DNA of 64,000 nt, from NCBI GenBank assembly GCA_963749915.1, contig CAVVOP010000005.1, positions 192,001-256,000 of the forward strand, written 5' to 3'. Numbering within the stretch: the stretch's first letter is position 1; each line of letters opens with the position of its first letter. This document shows positions 19,834-31,107 of the stretch, piece by piece. The notes below the pieces were generated by a model. The model had not been told where the DNA came from and ran no database searches. It saw nothing but the letters and a program-made list of their open reading frames with translations. The DNA is from an uncultured cyanobacterium. Lineage in GTDB: Bacteria > Cyanobacteriota > Cyanobacteriia > Cyanobacteriales > Cyanobacteriaceae. The translations under genes and the position numbers were made by a program.

Positions 19834-21636
19834 TTGCGATTATTAAAACGGATTAAATATTTCCTTTTTTTCTTTGTATTTACTTTTGTGTTGTTAGCCA
19901 ACAATAACATAACCGCACAAAAATTGAGAAAATTACCTACTGATAATTTTTCCTCTTCAACTGTGGAAGATGTGGTTGGATCTCTCGACCCTGAGGACTC
20001 GGAATCTTTGGAATCTTTAAAAAAAGAATTAGAAAATCTGGGGTTATTTAAGCAAACATCGGGTAGCCTTGGAAACATTATTTATAGTGCAGTAAAAATA
20101 GATGGTCGAATTATTTTCCAAGTTGCTTCTGATTCTACCATTTATGAAAATGATGAAGATAGAAATATCAAAGTTAATACTCGAGTACAACGGATTGAAA
20201 ATACTTTAAGGGGAATAGTAAAAAGAAATTTAGCACCAAATTTGTTACAGGTTAATCCAGCTATTCTCAATAATGAAACAGTTATTAAAATTTCCAGGAC
20301 AGATAAAACTCAAGAATGGATTTTAATGACCATTACTGATAAAGATGCGGACCTTTATGGTCTATCTATCCCTGAATTGGCGAAACTACGTTCTTATTTT
20401 GTCAAAGATGCTTTAACGAGTGCATGGAAAGAACGTCAGCCACCATTTTTAATTCGTCAATTTTTCCTCGGAATAGGAATAATAATTGCCATGTTTTTAG
20501 CAAGTTATTTCATAATTTATATTAGCAAATACTTATCTCCTAAAAAACATGAATTACAATCTATTTTGTGGAATAAAAATTTAATTCAAGTTGGACATGC
20601 TGTTATTTGGTTGCCTGGTATTGGTTGGATTTTACAATTATTTCCTTATACAAGAAGTGGAGGAATTTGGTTTTTAGATAATGCCATGACAATTTCTTTT
20701 ACTATTATTATCTTTTTATTCACCAGTAGAATTTTAGATTTATTTATTAAAATTAGTGAAGATTCAGACAGATTAAAAACTGTTCCAATTCGAGTTTTTG
20801 TCCAAATTTTTTATGTCTTATTAGTAGTATTATTTTTGTTATTTATTCTTGCTGATTTGTTTAAACAACCTTTAACTAGTGTCATGGCGGGATTCGGTGC
20901 TGGTGGTGCAATTCTTATGCTTATTTTTAAAGATTCTATTATGGGATTTACCGCCGGAATTCAACTGGCGGCGAATAAAATGGTGGCATTAGGAGATTGG
21001 ATTGAAATGCCAAAATATGGTGCTGACGGTTCAGTAATAGAGGTTTCTTTATATACAGTAAAAGTGCAAAATTGGGACAAAACTATTACTTTAATTCCCA
21101 CTTATGCGTTAATTTCTGATTCTTTTAAGAATTGGCGAGGTATGTTTGAATCAGGAGGAAGACGAATTAAACGCTCTGTTTATATTGATATAAATTCAAT
21201 TAAATTTTGTGATCAAGAAATGTTAAAGAGATTTTCCCAATTAAATTTTATCTCTAGTTATATAGAAAAAAAATATCAAGAATTAGCTGAATATAATAAA
21301 AAAACTAATATCCTTAATAATTCGGTTTTAAAAGAAGAAAAATGGATTACTAATGTTGGTGTATTCCGAGCTTATGTAGTCGGCTATTTGAAAGCTCATC
21401 CTCAAATTAGCGATATTCATACTTTTCTGGTACGGCAATTACAGCCAACAGAACATGGTTTACCCATCGAAATTTATGTTTTTTCTTTAGACACTAAATG
21501 GGCAAACTATGAGAATATTCAAGCAGATATTTTTGATCATATTCTCTCTGTTATTCCTGAATTCGATTTGCGAGTGTTCCAAAATATTTCTGGTCAAGAT
21601 ATTGAGAAATTTAGTGCCTTTCACGAACACAGATAA
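19834..21636 (+). CDS. Mechanosensitive ion channel, MscS/YbdG family, with N-terminal extension
   Basis: GDWIEMPKYGADG, VKVQNWDKT, NWRGMFESGGRRIKRS. Confidence 0.88.
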   Translation: MRLLKRIKYFLFFFVFTFVLLANNNITAQKLRKLPTDNFSSSTVEDVVGSLDPEDSESLESLKKELENLGLFKQTSGSLGNIIYSAVKIDGRIIFQVASDSTIYENDEDRNIKVNTRVQRIENTLRGIVKRNLAPNLLQVNPAILNNETVIKISRTDKTQEWILMTITDKDADLYGLSIPELAKLRSYFVKDALTSAWKERQPPFLIRQFFLGIGIIIAMFLASYFIIYISKYLSPKKHELQSILWNKNLIQVGHAVIWLPGIGWILQLFPYTRSGGIWFLDNAMTISFTIIIFLFTSRILDLFIKISEDSDRLKTVPIRVFVQIFYVLLVVLFLLFILADLFKQPLTSVMAGFGAGGAILMLIFKDSIMGFTAGIQLAANKMVALGDWIEMPKYGADGSVIEVSLYTVKVQNWDKTITLIPTYALISDSFKNWRGMFESGGRRIKRSVYIDINSIKFCDQEMLKRFSQLNFISSYIEKKYQELAEYNKKTNILNNSVLKEEKWITNVGVFRAYVVGYLKAHPQISDIHTFLVRQLQPTEHGLPIEIYVFSLDTKWANYENIQADIFDHILSVIPEFDLRVFQNISGQDIEKFSAFHEHR

Positions 21637-21751
21637 AAGGAAATTAATTAACGTTTTAAAATACATTTTTAGATAAATTGGCCTTGTTCTAACATCAGGA
21701 GAATATTCTTTCTAGTCATAACTAGATGGAAAATATACTTCATCATTATTA

Positions 21752-22279
21752 CTAATTATAATCGCCTGGATTAACTGAAAAATCAGCTTTGGCAGAGGGT
21801 ATAAACAAAGAGCGGACCTTATCCCAAAAATTGCCACCTAAGACAAAAAAACTGCTTACTAGCATTAGATCCCCAATAAAATTAAGAGTAAATCGATCGC
21901 TTTGGTAACTAGGTATTAATTGAGGAAAATAGGGCATAATCCAACCAAAAAGTAGGGGTAAAATAAATAAGATTAAACCGATATAGTAGCGAAGAGGAGA
22001 GACCGTTTGACGAAACACGTACTGTTTCAAAGCTCCTTTCACTTTGCTACGAAGATAATTAAATCCTGGTTTACCAAGAATGGTAATTGATAAAATAGTA
22101 AATACTTGGGGAACTCCCACGACTAGACAGGCTGAAATGAGAGGCTTCCAAGCTGTGGGCACAGGTAAACTTGCGACTAAAGGAATGAATAAAATCGTTG
22201 ATTGGGCAAAAAGAAAAACAAATCCGCCAACTATTAAACGAACTTTAGAGGGTTCTTCTTGAGTGGGATAATCTGTCAT
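21752..22279 (-). CDS. Transporter-suffix-domain membrane protein
   Basis: ILGKPGF and SFFVLGGNFWDKVRSLF motifs; 4 TM. Confidence 0.7.
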   Translation of the reverse strand: MTDYPTQEEPSKVRLIVGGFVFLFAQSTILFIPLVASLPVPTAWKPLISACLVVGVPQVFTILSITILGKPGFNYLRSKVKGALKQYVFRQTVSPLRYYIGLILFILPLLFGWIMPYFPQLIPSYQSDRFTLNFIGDLMLVSSFFVLGGNFWDKVRSLFIPSAKADFSVNPGDYN

Positions 22280-22373
22280 GAGTAATTTTTCTCCTTGTCT
22301 ATCACTAATGCTTTGACAGCATTATACAGCATTACATTGATGAACTGGTTGGGATAATTTTGGATTAAACTAA

Positions 22374-24164
22374 TTACTCTAAACCGGGACGAGGCATGGG
22401 AAATATTTTCTGTTTGTTAAGTTGCCGTAACCAAAAACCGCCGATAACAGCAAATATTAGGGATAACCAACCTGTAAAGGATTGTAAGAGTAAAAAACCA
22501 CCGATTGATAACATTAAGCCAAACAATAACAAGACAGAAGCGATGACTTTTAAACTGTCTAACTGCAAATTTTGTAAGGGTTTTACCCCCGTGTCTTCCT
22601 GTTGTTTTCGCCAACCAATACCTGCTGGGCGCACTCTCAGATAAAAATTGTTTAAGGTTTCTTCGGATTCGGGTGGGGTTAAATACATGGCACTAATCCA
22701 GATAATAGCGGTTGAACCAGAAATGATCATGAGTCTTAAGCCAAAATCCGACGGGAAAAGATTGAGGTTAGGTATGACGCTAGTTAAGCCGATGATAAAA
22801 CCGGCCACCATGGAGGCTAACTCGGCAGTTGCGTTTATGCGCCACCAATACCAACGCAAAATTAATACTAATCCAGGTCCTGTACCAATCGCAATTACTA
22901 AACGAAATACTGTACTCACATCTTTCGCAAAAAAGGCAGCGATGGCACCGATAAAAGTAACGAGAATAGAAGCTATCCTACCCACTAATACTAACTGACC
23001 TTGAGACGCATCGGGGGCAAAAAAACGGCGATATAAGTCATTAGTAAGATAAGACGCACCCCAGTTAATAGAAGTGGAAACAGTACTCATAAAGGCGGCG
23101 ATAAGAGAGGCAACCACTAATCCTAACATGACGGGGGGGAGAAAATCCAACATCAGTAGAGGATAGCCTAATTCAGGATCTTCGAGATCGGGATAAATGA
23201 CGATGGCGACTAAGGCGACTAAAACCCAAGGCCATGTACGGATAATATAATGAAGGATATTAAAAAACCATGCCGCTTTTTCCGCTTCCGCTTCATCCTT
23301 GGCAGAGATTAACCGTTGGACAAATTCTCCCCCTCCATCACTACGACGAAAACTCCACCATTGTACTAATAAGTAAGCAGAAAAGGTACTTAAACTAATT
23401 CCTGCCACATCACTCCAATGCCAATTAAATAAGCCTTCTCCTTTGGTTAAAGGAATTACCGATAAAACATCAATATCTGTAGCCTTTTGCACTGCCGGAA
23501 TTAATTCCTGAATACCGCCAACATGATTGACAGCAACCATCGCCACAACCACCGCCCCAAGTAAAGCAAGGAAAAATTGGAAAAAATCGGTGACAACAAC
23601 CCCCCATAAGCCAGAAAAACCAGAATAGATAAGAACAAATACACTAACAGCGATAACACTCCATAATTTACCACTCTCTCCCACATTTAAACCGAAACTT
23701 TCCCATAACTGCAAAGCTGAAACTACTTTTACCATTGCTAACATCGCGTAACCAATGCCAATACAATTGATCGGTACAGCGAATAAAAAGGCTTTAGTTG
23801 CCCGTAAAATTGCCGCCATCTTACCACCGTAACGGATTTCCGTTAATTCCGCATCGGTGACAACTTCCGCCCTGCGCCATAACCGTGCAAAAATATAGAT
23901 TAAGACAACATGAGAAATGCCGAAACTCCACCATTCCCAATTACCAGCGATACCTCTAGTTGCTACAACACCGCAAATATACAAAGGCGTGTCGACAGAA
24001 AACGTAGTGGCTGCCATACTTGTACCGGCTAACCACCATGTAAGGGATCGCCCTGAGACAAAGAAATCTTCAAGACTTTTTGACGCCTTACCTGATAGAT
24101 AAATGCCGATGGCCATGGTAATAATTAGATATAAAAGGATAACAATCCAATCGATGGTTTGCAT
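22374..24164 (-). CDS. Sodium:solute symporter family protein
   Basis: FFVSGRSLTWW, SMAATTFS, AAFMSTVST; many TM segments. Confidence 0.9.
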   Translation of the reverse strand: MQTIDWIVILLYLIITMAIGIYLSGKASKSLEDFFVSGRSLTWWLAGTSMAATTFSVDTPLYICGVVATRGIAGNWEWWSFGISHVVLIYIFARLWRRAEVVTDAELTEIRYGGKMAAILRATKAFLFAVPINCIGIGYAMLAMVKVVSALQLWESFGLNVGESGKLWSVIAVSVFVLIYSGFSGLWGVVVTDFFQFFLALLGAVVVAMVAVNHVGGIQELIPAVQKATDIDVLSVIPLTKGEGLFNWHWSDVAGISLSTFSAYLLVQWWSFRRSDGGGEFVQRLISAKDEAEAEKAAWFFNILHYIIRTWPWVLVALVAIVIYPDLEDPELGYPLLMLDFLPPVMLGLVVASLIAAFMSTVSTSINWGASYLTNDLYRRFFAPDASQGQLVLVGRIASILVTFIGAIAAFFAKDVSTVFRLVIAIGTGPGLVLILRWYWWRINATAELASMVAGFIIGLTSVIPNLNLFPSDFGLRLMIISGSTAIIWISAMYLTPPESEETLNNFYLRVRPAGIGWRKQQEDTGVKPLQNLQLDSLKVIASVLLLFGLMLSIGGFLLLQSFTGWLSLIFAVIGGFWLRQLNKQKIFPMPRPGLE

Positions 24165-24392
24165 AAAAATAAAGCGTTAATTATTAATAATAAAAGTCAA
24201 AAAATAATCGTCTAAACCTATTTGTATATTGCCTAAATTAATGCTAAATCTGGTTCAATAAAATAACCATTATAGGGGTTAGCTCAACTTTTGGCGAATA
24301 TATTAGATCATGAACTCCAAAAATTGTCGGCATACTTAATTATTAATACAAGTTAAATTGATAATTAATGGGTAACGTCCATAAATAATTAC

Positions 24393-25064
24393 CTAATATT
24401 TGGTCACAGAAATCGTAGCGACCCCAATAGTTTTCAGTTTTCCCTTTATTAACACTCGTGTCGCCTCATTTACCGTCATCCCAGTGGTGTAAATATCATC
24501 AATAATTAAAATATCCTGAGATTTATTTACTTTTCCGTAGTCTTTCCCTAAATTAAAGGCCTGATCGATATTTTTTCTCCTTTGTTGAGGGGTTAAACCA
24601 AACATCGCTTCGGTATTTTTAACCCTAATTATTAAATTTGTTTTAAGTTGATAATTTGTGACCTGACAAAAACTACGTGCGATTAATTCTGCTTGGTTAA
24701 AGCCTCTGGTTTTCAGTTTATCAGGGTGTAATGGTATCGGAATAACCGTGAGTTGAGGATATTTTTTTTTGTTGCCTGATTCTAACCATGCTTCTGCTAA
24801 CCAGTCACCGAATAATTCCCCCATAGCTTTATTTTGATCATATTTTAAGGCAGCGATCGCCCGTTTTAAATAACTATCATATTTACCCCAAGAAAATAAG
24901 AAAAAATCAGGTTTCCCAAATTGTTTATAATTAGTAAGTTGACAGGTGAGTAATTTTTGTTCACAATATCGGCAAATAATATCACTAACCGTGCGTTGAC
25001 AAAGAGGACAATTAGATTTAAGAAATAAAGATAAAATGTTGTTCAACATCGATAAACATTGCAA
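24393..25064 (-). CDS. comF: ComF family competence protein (phosphoribosyltransferase fold)
   Basis: CPLC...CRYC, RGFNQAE, IIDDIYTTG. Confidence 0.88.
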   Translation of the reverse strand: MQCLSMLNNILSLFLKSNCPLCQRTVSDIICRYCEQKLLTCQLTNYKQFGKPDFFLFSWGKYDSYLKRAIAALKYDQNKAMGELFGDWLAEAWLESGNKKKYPQLTVIPIPLHPDKLKTRGFNQAELIARSFCQVTNYQLKTNLIIRVKNTEAMFGLTPQQRRKNIDQAFNLGKDYGKVNKSQDILIIDDIYTTGMTVNEATRVLIKGKLKTIGVATISVTKY

Positions 25065-25094
25065 GATTATTTTTACTGTTTAAGTAATGAAAAA

Positions 25095-25541
25095 ATGGAA
25101 ATAAGATTTAGAGAATTTAACCCTTTTGATTTATGGTTTTGGTTAGAATTTGATCATGTACCTTCGGAAATGGAAAAACAATATGTAGAAGAATTATTTA
25201 ACTCATGGTTTTATTTAGGCAAATTAGGAGGATTTAATGCCGAAAATTTACAAATACAAGAGTTGGGCATTGATATTAGTTATATGGAATATGACCAAGA
25301 TTTAGCTGAAAATACAATGATGTCCCCGATGCACAATATGGGAGAATTCGAATTTTTGGGTAATTGGGGCAGATGTTGGTTTGATTTAGGCACTAGCGAC
25401 TTAATTAGCATTGATATATTAGTTAATGCTTTGAGAGAATTAAGCAAAGAGTATTTAGGTATCAATCAATTAATTATTGGGGGCGAAAATGAAGATTGGA
25501 CAGTAGATAAAAATTATAATTCTGGCTTTTTAGAAGATTAA
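25095..25541 (+). CDS. DUF3531 family protein
   Basis: SWFYLGKLGGFNAENLQ and WGRCWFDLGTSD. Confidence 0.8.
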   Translation: MEIRFREFNPFDLWFWLEFDHVPSEMEKQYVEELFNSWFYLGKLGGFNAENLQIQELGIDISYMEYDQDLAENTMMSPMHNMGEFEFLGNWGRCWFDLGTSDLISIDILVNALRELSKEYLGINQLIIGGENEDWTVDKNYNSGFLED

Positions 25542-25598
25542 ATTTGCGAGAAACAAGATTCCCTCTAAAACCTATTAATAATGGGTAAAATAAGGTGC

Positions 25599-25838
25599 TT
25601 ATTTACCGAATTTTTGCCCAATTTTTTTGATTGCCCAACTCAATAATGCACCGGTGAATAAAATTCCGATGGCTGGACTAAATACCGGTTGCCATAATTT
25701 GTACCATATCCCCCACCCTAAGGGAATCGCTAATGATCTTCCTATAAGTGCGATGACAAACCAAAAAAAACCGATGATAACTAAAAATACATCTGCGACT
25801 AAAAAGCGATCCAACCAAGTTAATAAGTTTTCTTTCAT
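25599..25838 (-). CDS. Conserved small cyanobacterial membrane protein
   Basis: 79 aa, two TM segments. Confidence 0.75.
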   Translation of the reverse strand: MKENLLTWLDRFLVADVFLVIIGFFWFVIALIGRSLAIPLGWGIWYKLWQPVFSPAIGILFTGALLSWAIKKIGQKFGK

Positions 25839-25883
25839 AAAGGAAATGTTAAAATCTGATATACATTTAACTATTAAGTGTAA

Positions 25884-25994
25884 CTGGTGGTGGAATGCAG
25901 AACTAAGAGTGTAGAATGTAGAATTAAAAATCCTTATTTTTCAGGACTTATCCCAATTTCTAACCTCTACTTTATTTACGCACCTTACCACTGG
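25884..25994 (+). repeat. ~110-bp MITE-like dispersed repeat, copy B
   Basis: CTGGTGGTGGAATGCAGAACTAAGAGTGTAGAATG...TTTACGCACCTTACCACTGG, similar to copy A. Confidence 0.72.
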
Positions 25995-26112
25995 TTCAAG
26001 AAATAAATACCTCGTAATTAGTTTAACACTCTATCAAAAGCCTTTGACAAGAATTATCGTAATCTGGATATGGTTCTCTTATCTGAATAGAGAACTAAAT
26101 CCCATCCAATAA

Positions 26113-27570
26113 TTACCCCGAGATAATTTTTAGGGTATCTAAACTGTGATCACTTATTCCTGTAATTATTCCTCCTGAATTAATAACTTGTTCGGCATAT
26201 TCTAAAGCCTCTCTAGTGATAACTTCCCCTGCCATAATTAAGGGAATACCGGGGGGGTAAGGACAAATATTTTCCCCACTAATCTGATTAATAGCTAAAT
26301 CTTGAGAAACTATTTTTTTTTCTGCCCAAAATGCTTCACGTGGAGTTATTTTTAAGGAAGAATTAGGTAAAGAATAAGGGTTGAAATTATTGTTCTCTTG
26401 AAAGTTTTTATGATATCTTTTAAAAGATTTCAAAGCATTTATTAATCTCTCAATATCTTTATTTTTATTGCCAATAGAAATAATAAAAGTAAGATTTTTA
26501 ATGGAAGGTAATTCACAAGTTACGCCAAATTGTCGATGTAAAATTTCGTCTGCTTCATAGCCTGTTAAGCCCCATTTACTAACATTAACGGTTAACCTTG
26601 TTTTATCTAAATCTGCAAAAGTATCGATGGGTTTAATTAAATTTAATAATGATAAATATTCGAACTCTGCTATTTTTTCCCTTGCGGTTATTGCCAAATT
26701 TAAAGTATTAGTTAATAACTTTTTTCCTTCCATCGCCATTTGTTGCCTAGCACCATCTAAAGATGCCAAAAGTAAATAACTAGGGCTAGAAGACTGCACC
26801 AATTGTAAAGCCTGACTGATACGACTGGCATTGACTAAGTTACCTTGAAGATGAACCATTGAAGCCTGGGTCATCGCCCCTAAAACTTTATGGGTGGATT
26901 GTATCGCAATATCCGCTCCTGCCTGTAGTGCCGATATCGGTAACTGAGGATGAAAGGAAAAATGTCCACCGTGAGCTTCATCCACTAGCAACGGAATACT
27001 AAAATTTTTTGTAAAGTGGGCGATTTCTGTCAAGTTTGCACAAATACCGTGATATGTCGGAGAAACTACCATTACCGCTTTAATATTAGCATTGGTTTCT
27101 AAGGCATTAGCAATTTGATGAGGGGAAAGGGTATAACAGAGGTCAAAATCAAAGTCATATTCAGGATTGATAAATATGGGGGTTGCACCAGACAAAATTA
27201 AGCCAAAAATTGCCGATTGATGGATATTTCGGGGCAAAATTATCTGATCGCCCTCGCCACAGGTGGCTAAAATGGAGGCGATAATACCAGAAGTTGAACC
27301 ATTGGCCAAAAACCATGTTTGTTTTGCACCAAAAGCATCTGCCGCTAAAATTTGAGCCTCTTTGATCACTCCTTCTGGGGTGAATAAGTTATCTAATTCA
27401 GGCAATTCGGGCAAATCGGCATGAAAAACTTTTTCTCCCATTAATTTCTTTAGGTCTTGACTAATACCTCGACCTTTTTTATGCCCGGGAGTGTAAAATG
27501 GAGCATCTCGTTTTCGGGCTAACTCTTGTAAGGTTGTTAATAACGGGGTTTTTTTCTGAGGGTTATTCAT
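26113..27570 (-). CDS. Lysine/ornithine/arginine decarboxylase (PLP-dependent)
   Basis: TPGHK, NGSTSG, VDEAHG, QSTHK, PYPPGIP. Confidence 0.9.
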   Translation of the reverse strand: MNNPQKKTPLLTTLQELARKRDAPFYTPGHKKGRGISQDLKKLMGEKVFHADLPELPELDNLFTPEGVIKEAQILAADAFGAKQTWFLANGSTSGIIASILATCGEGDQIILPRNIHQSAIFGLILSGATPIFINPEYDFDFDLCYTLSPHQIANALETNANIKAVMVVSPTYHGICANLTEIAHFTKNFSIPLLVDEAHGGHFSFHPQLPISALQAGADIAIQSTHKVLGAMTQASMVHLQGNLVNASRISQALQLVQSSSPSYLLLASLDGARQQMAMEGKKLLTNTLNLAITAREKIAEFEYLSLLNLIKPIDTFADLDKTRLTVNVSKWGLTGYEADEILHRQFGVTCELPSIKNLTFIISIGNKNKDIERLINALKSFKRYHKNFQENNNFNPYSLPNSSLKITPREAFWAEKKIVSQDLAINQISGENICPYPPGIPLIMAGEVITREALEYAEQVINSGGIITGISDHSLDTLKIISG

Positions 27571-27608
27571 TCACGAACAATTAATATAATTATGGCTCTT
27601 ATGATTAA

Positions 27609-29000
27609 TCAATGACCAATAGTTGAGGACTGACATTGTCGCAAAAAATGCTCAACTTGAGGAATAATATTAGCAAAATGGAGATGCAAATAAGAAGCAT
27701 AAATATTTTTAATTTGCCATGCCTGAGAAGTTAATATTTGTTGACTATAATAATCTTTAATTTCTAAGATTTGTGAGGTAGAAGCACCAGAATTTTTGGC
27801 ACGATGAAATTCATGACCTCTGAAAACTTTACCATCTTTAAATAGTTGGTTATTAATTAAAATTTTTGCTTCTCGATAGCCAAGAGTTAATTTTTTATCC
27901 ATGATAGCAGTATTAGGTAAAACTCCCACCATTTCCCATGATTTACCATCAAAGTTGATGATTATTTTTGATAAATACATCATGCCTCCACATTCTGCGT
28001 AGGTTAATATTCCTGAGTTTATAGCTTGTTTTAAAGATTGTTTCATGGTTTTATTATTAGCTAATTCAGGAGCAAAAACTTCGGGAAAACCTCCTCCTAA
28101 ATATATTCCTTGAATGTTATCGGGTATTTTATTATCATCAATAGGACTAAAAAATACTAATTCTGCTCCTAACTTTTCTAAAATATCGAGGTTATCTTGA
28201 TAATAAAAATTAAAGGCTTTATCTTGAGCGATCGCAATTCTTAATTTATGAACTTTTTTAAGTTTAAAATGATAAAGTTTATCAAAAAAATTATGGTTAT
28301 ATTTATGTTTAAAATTTTTATTATCCAGATAGGGAGTCAATAAATCCCAATGAAAATTATTTTCAGCGATAATAGCTAATTGTTTAAAAATTTCTTGATG
28401 GGTAGTAATTTCTTCAGTGGGAATTAAGCCTAAGTGTCGGGAAGGCAACTCAATATTTTTCTCTCTAAACCATACCCCCACTAAGGGAATTGAACATATT
28501 TTTAACCCCTCTTTTAATAAAGATAAATGTTTTTCACTGCCGACTTTATTTAAGATAATTCCCACTATTTTAACTTCTGGATCAAGGTTAACATATCCAT
28601 AGGCGATCGCTCCGATAGAAGTACTTAATTTACTGCAATCAATGATTAAAATAACGGGAATTTGCAATAATTTGGCGATATGAGCGGTACTTCCGTAATT
28701 AAAAGAATTATTACAGGGCACACCATCATATAATCCCATCACTCCCTCAATGATACTAATATCAGCTTGTTGACTATGATAGGAAAAACAACATTTAACA
28801 TAGTCCTCAGAGGTTAAAATAGGATCAAGATTACGACAAGGCAAACCTGTCATTGCAGTATGAAACATCGGATCAATATAATCTGGACCTACCTTAAAAG
28901 ATTGAACAGATTTTCCTTTACTTTTCAACCATGATAATAAGGCTAATGTTATAGTGGTTTTCCCGACTCCACTTCTTTCTCCGGCAATGATTAATCCCAT
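27609..29000 (-). CDS. cobB: Cobyrinate a,c-diamide synthase
   Basis: SGVGKTT, FKVGPDYID, EGVMGLYDG, AECGG, GHEFH. Confidence 0.93.
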   Translation of the reverse strand: MGLIIAGERSGVGKTTITLALLSWLKSKGKSVQSFKVGPDYIDPMFHTAMTGLPCRNLDPILTSEDYVKCCFSYHSQQADISIIEGVMGLYDGVPCNNSFNYGSTAHIAKLLQIPVILIIDCSKLSTSIGAIAYGYVNLDPEVKIVGIILNKVGSEKHLSLLKEGLKICSIPLVGVWFREKNIELPSRHLGLIPTEEITTHQEIFKQLAIIAENNFHWDLLTPYLDNKNFKHKYNHNFFDKLYHFKLKKVHKLRIAIAQDKAFNFYYQDNLDILEKLGAELVFFSPIDDNKIPDNIQGIYLGGGFPEVFAPELANNKTMKQSLKQAINSGILTYAECGGMMYLSKIIINFDGKSWEMVGVLPNTAIMDKKLTLGYREAKILINNQLFKDGKVFRGHEFHRAKNSGASTSQILEIKDYYSQQILTSQAWQIKNIYASYLHLHFANIIPQVEHFLRQCQSSTIGH

Positions 29001-29042
29001 ATTTTTTTTCTCTCACAAAGGTGCAAGGGGGCAAAGTTTTCC

Positions 29043-30137
29043 TTATTTATAGTAATAATTTTGATTAAAGAATTTAACGATTTCTTCTGCTATGATTTCC
29101 GTACCGTTTTTTGCTATTTTATTATTACTTTGGGGAGGTAACAATTCTTGGTTTAAGAAATCCCAATTACCTTGAAAAAATTCTTGATAATTAACGATAT
29201 TATGATAGCTATAATCTTTTAAACCCTGTAATAAAATTTCTGCCTCCGCAAAACCCTCTCTAGTCAGGCTAATCAGGGGAACATCTAAGCGGATACTCTC
29301 GGCAAAAGTGCTAAATCCGGGTTTAGACATCACTCTTCCACATAGGGACATAAAATCTACTGGACGATCACTGTTATCGGTAATTTTCAGCAAATTTGGT
29401 AAATCTGGTGCATTATTCGCAAAAGTAATAAATTGCCAATCAGGAAAACGACTTAAATTTTCGTAAGGAATCGCCTCTATTCCTAATCCCCCAAAAGTCA
29501 ACAAGACAGTTTTTTCCTTATCAGTGGTGAGGTTAAATTTTTCTCGTAACTCAACTTCAGTATGACGGGGAACACCACCAGTTAAACCCACATCTTCCAC
29601 CACGGGAAAACTGGCCATTTTCTCCGCCAACGGTAAACGAAAAAGACGTTGACATAATTGATAACGACTACTCAACCAATCCGCAATGGCGTTAAATTCA
29701 CCTCCCCATGCACGGTAAATAAAATCCCAACCAAAATTGCCCATCATCCAACAAGGAATACCTGCTTTTTCCCCAATAGTCGCCGCCATCGCTGGAACAT
29801 CGGCCAAAATTAAGTCGACTTTATTGGTATTGATAAATTCCACTTCCCCCGCCACAATTTCTTTTTCCCGAAGACGATATTCTGTCATTTTTTCCCGAGT
29901 TGCCGCCAAATCCATCGTCAAACTATCGGACTGAATCACTCCTACATCAAAAGCGCGGTAACGATAAATAAAATCTCCCTCAATATAAGAATCTAACAAC
30001 CATCGAGGTGCGGTAGTTACTAATACTAATAAAATGTCTGGATTTAATTTTTGTACCTGTGAGGCAATGGTCGCCATTCGCACTGCGTGACCAAATCCAT
30101 GATTCGTGATAGCTAAATATAAAACAGGTCGAGACAT
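29043..30137 (-). CDS. Glycosyltransferase (GT-B)
   Basis: HGFGHA, TFGGLG, SKPGFST. Confidence 0.8.
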   Translation of the reverse strand: MSRPVLYLAITNHGFGHAVRMATIASQVQKLNPDILLVLVTTAPRWLLDSYIEGDFIYRYRAFDVGVIQSDSLTMDLAATREKMTEYRLREKEIVAGEVEFINTNKVDLILADVPAMAATIGEKAGIPCWMMGNFGWDFIYRAWGGEFNAIADWLSSRYQLCQRLFRLPLAEKMASFPVVEDVGLTGGVPRHTEVELREKFNLTTDKEKTVLLTFGGLGIEAIPYENLSRFPDWQFITFANNAPDLPNLLKITDNSDRPVDFMSLCGRVMSKPGFSTFAESIRLDVPLISLTREGFAEAEILLQGLKDYSYHNIVNYQEFFQGNWDFLNQELLPPQSNNKIAKNGTEIIAEEIVKFFNQNYYYK

Positions 30138-30385
30138 GGGATAATCAACAATGAACAATTAACGGTGAACAATAAACAATTAATGAGGGAGAATTAGGGA
30201 TTTTCTCTTTCTTTAAATTTGTCTTCTATTTAATTGTTTGTTGCCGAAGTTTAATGATAGCCTATAATGGCAAAATCGATATCAATAGCTCATCGAGATT
30301 TTAGGAAATGTTTACAGGTCAGTGTTTTTTTATCCTTCTTCCTATAGAATAAACTTTATCTAGGTATTTACCCCACAAAAAAACG

Positions 30386-30931
30386 GTGAATGAGAGTTTA
30401 AATCATATTCGGCAAACCATTCTTTTAATAAAATATTATAGCTTTGATCTTAGGGGTTATAAACTGCAGGAATTGATCGTAAAATGGACGAAAATTTATC
30501 CTCATAATTGGTTACCTTTGGGTGTAACAGAGGCTATTTATCAAGGTAGGTTAAAAGCTATTTCTGTAGAACAAATTTTAAACATTTGGTTAAAAAAAGG
30601 AGAGATTAATCAAAGTTTTAATTATGAATTTTGTCGCTTAATTAAGCCTAATATTTCTTTTAGCTTACAGGAAGATCGGGAATTAAAAGATTTTTTTAAA
30701 AATACTCATGATTCAGAAATTTTAACCGCAACTATTGTTATTAATAATCAAAAAAAAATAGAACAAAAAAATATTTTAGAGAACAAAAAACTTTATTCTA
30801 ACGAAGACAATAACAATGTAATAGAGGCTGATAAAATTAAGTTTAAATCCGCGGTTAACCACTTTCAACCTTTAGATGATTATTCCCAGTGTTTCCAAAA
30901 ATTAAAAGCTTTTATAGCAATTAACAATTAA
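30386..30931 (+). CDS. Hypothetical cyanobacterial protein
   Basis: YSFDL and EAIYQGRLKAISVEQIL conserved-looking motifs. Confidence 0.7.
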   Translation: MNESLNHIRQTILLIKYYSFDLRGYKLQELIVKWTKIYPHNWLPLGVTEAIYQGRLKAISVEQILNIWLKKGEINQSFNYEFCRLIKPNISFSLQEDRELKDFFKNTHDSEILTATIVINNQKKIEQKNILENKKLYSNEDNNNVIEADKIKFKSAVNHFQPLDDYSQCFQKLKAFIAINN

Positions 30932-30952
30932 CAATTAACAATTAACAATTAA
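30918..30952. repeat. Heptamer tandem repeat (CAATTAA)x5, STRR-like
   Basis: Five exact copies. Confidence 0.9.
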
Positions 30953-31107
30953 TACGTAATTTATAGTTATTCATCCTGATCCCTCTTAATCTGCTGATTC
31001 GTCTCCCCATCAATAGGGTTTGGCCGTAGGCAGAGCTTTGCTGACCGCTCTAATAGTTTAAAGTCTTCAGCCACCCCTGATAAATGAAAAATTATTATTT
31101 ATTAATT

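Noticed and set aside
22080..24102. Several short ORFs overlapping the symporter and its neighbour
   Set aside because: Antisense or alternate frames of well-supported membrane protein genes
9054..25064. dprA and comF as a competence cluster
   Set aside because: They are 14 kb apart with unrelated genes between; no evidence of linkage
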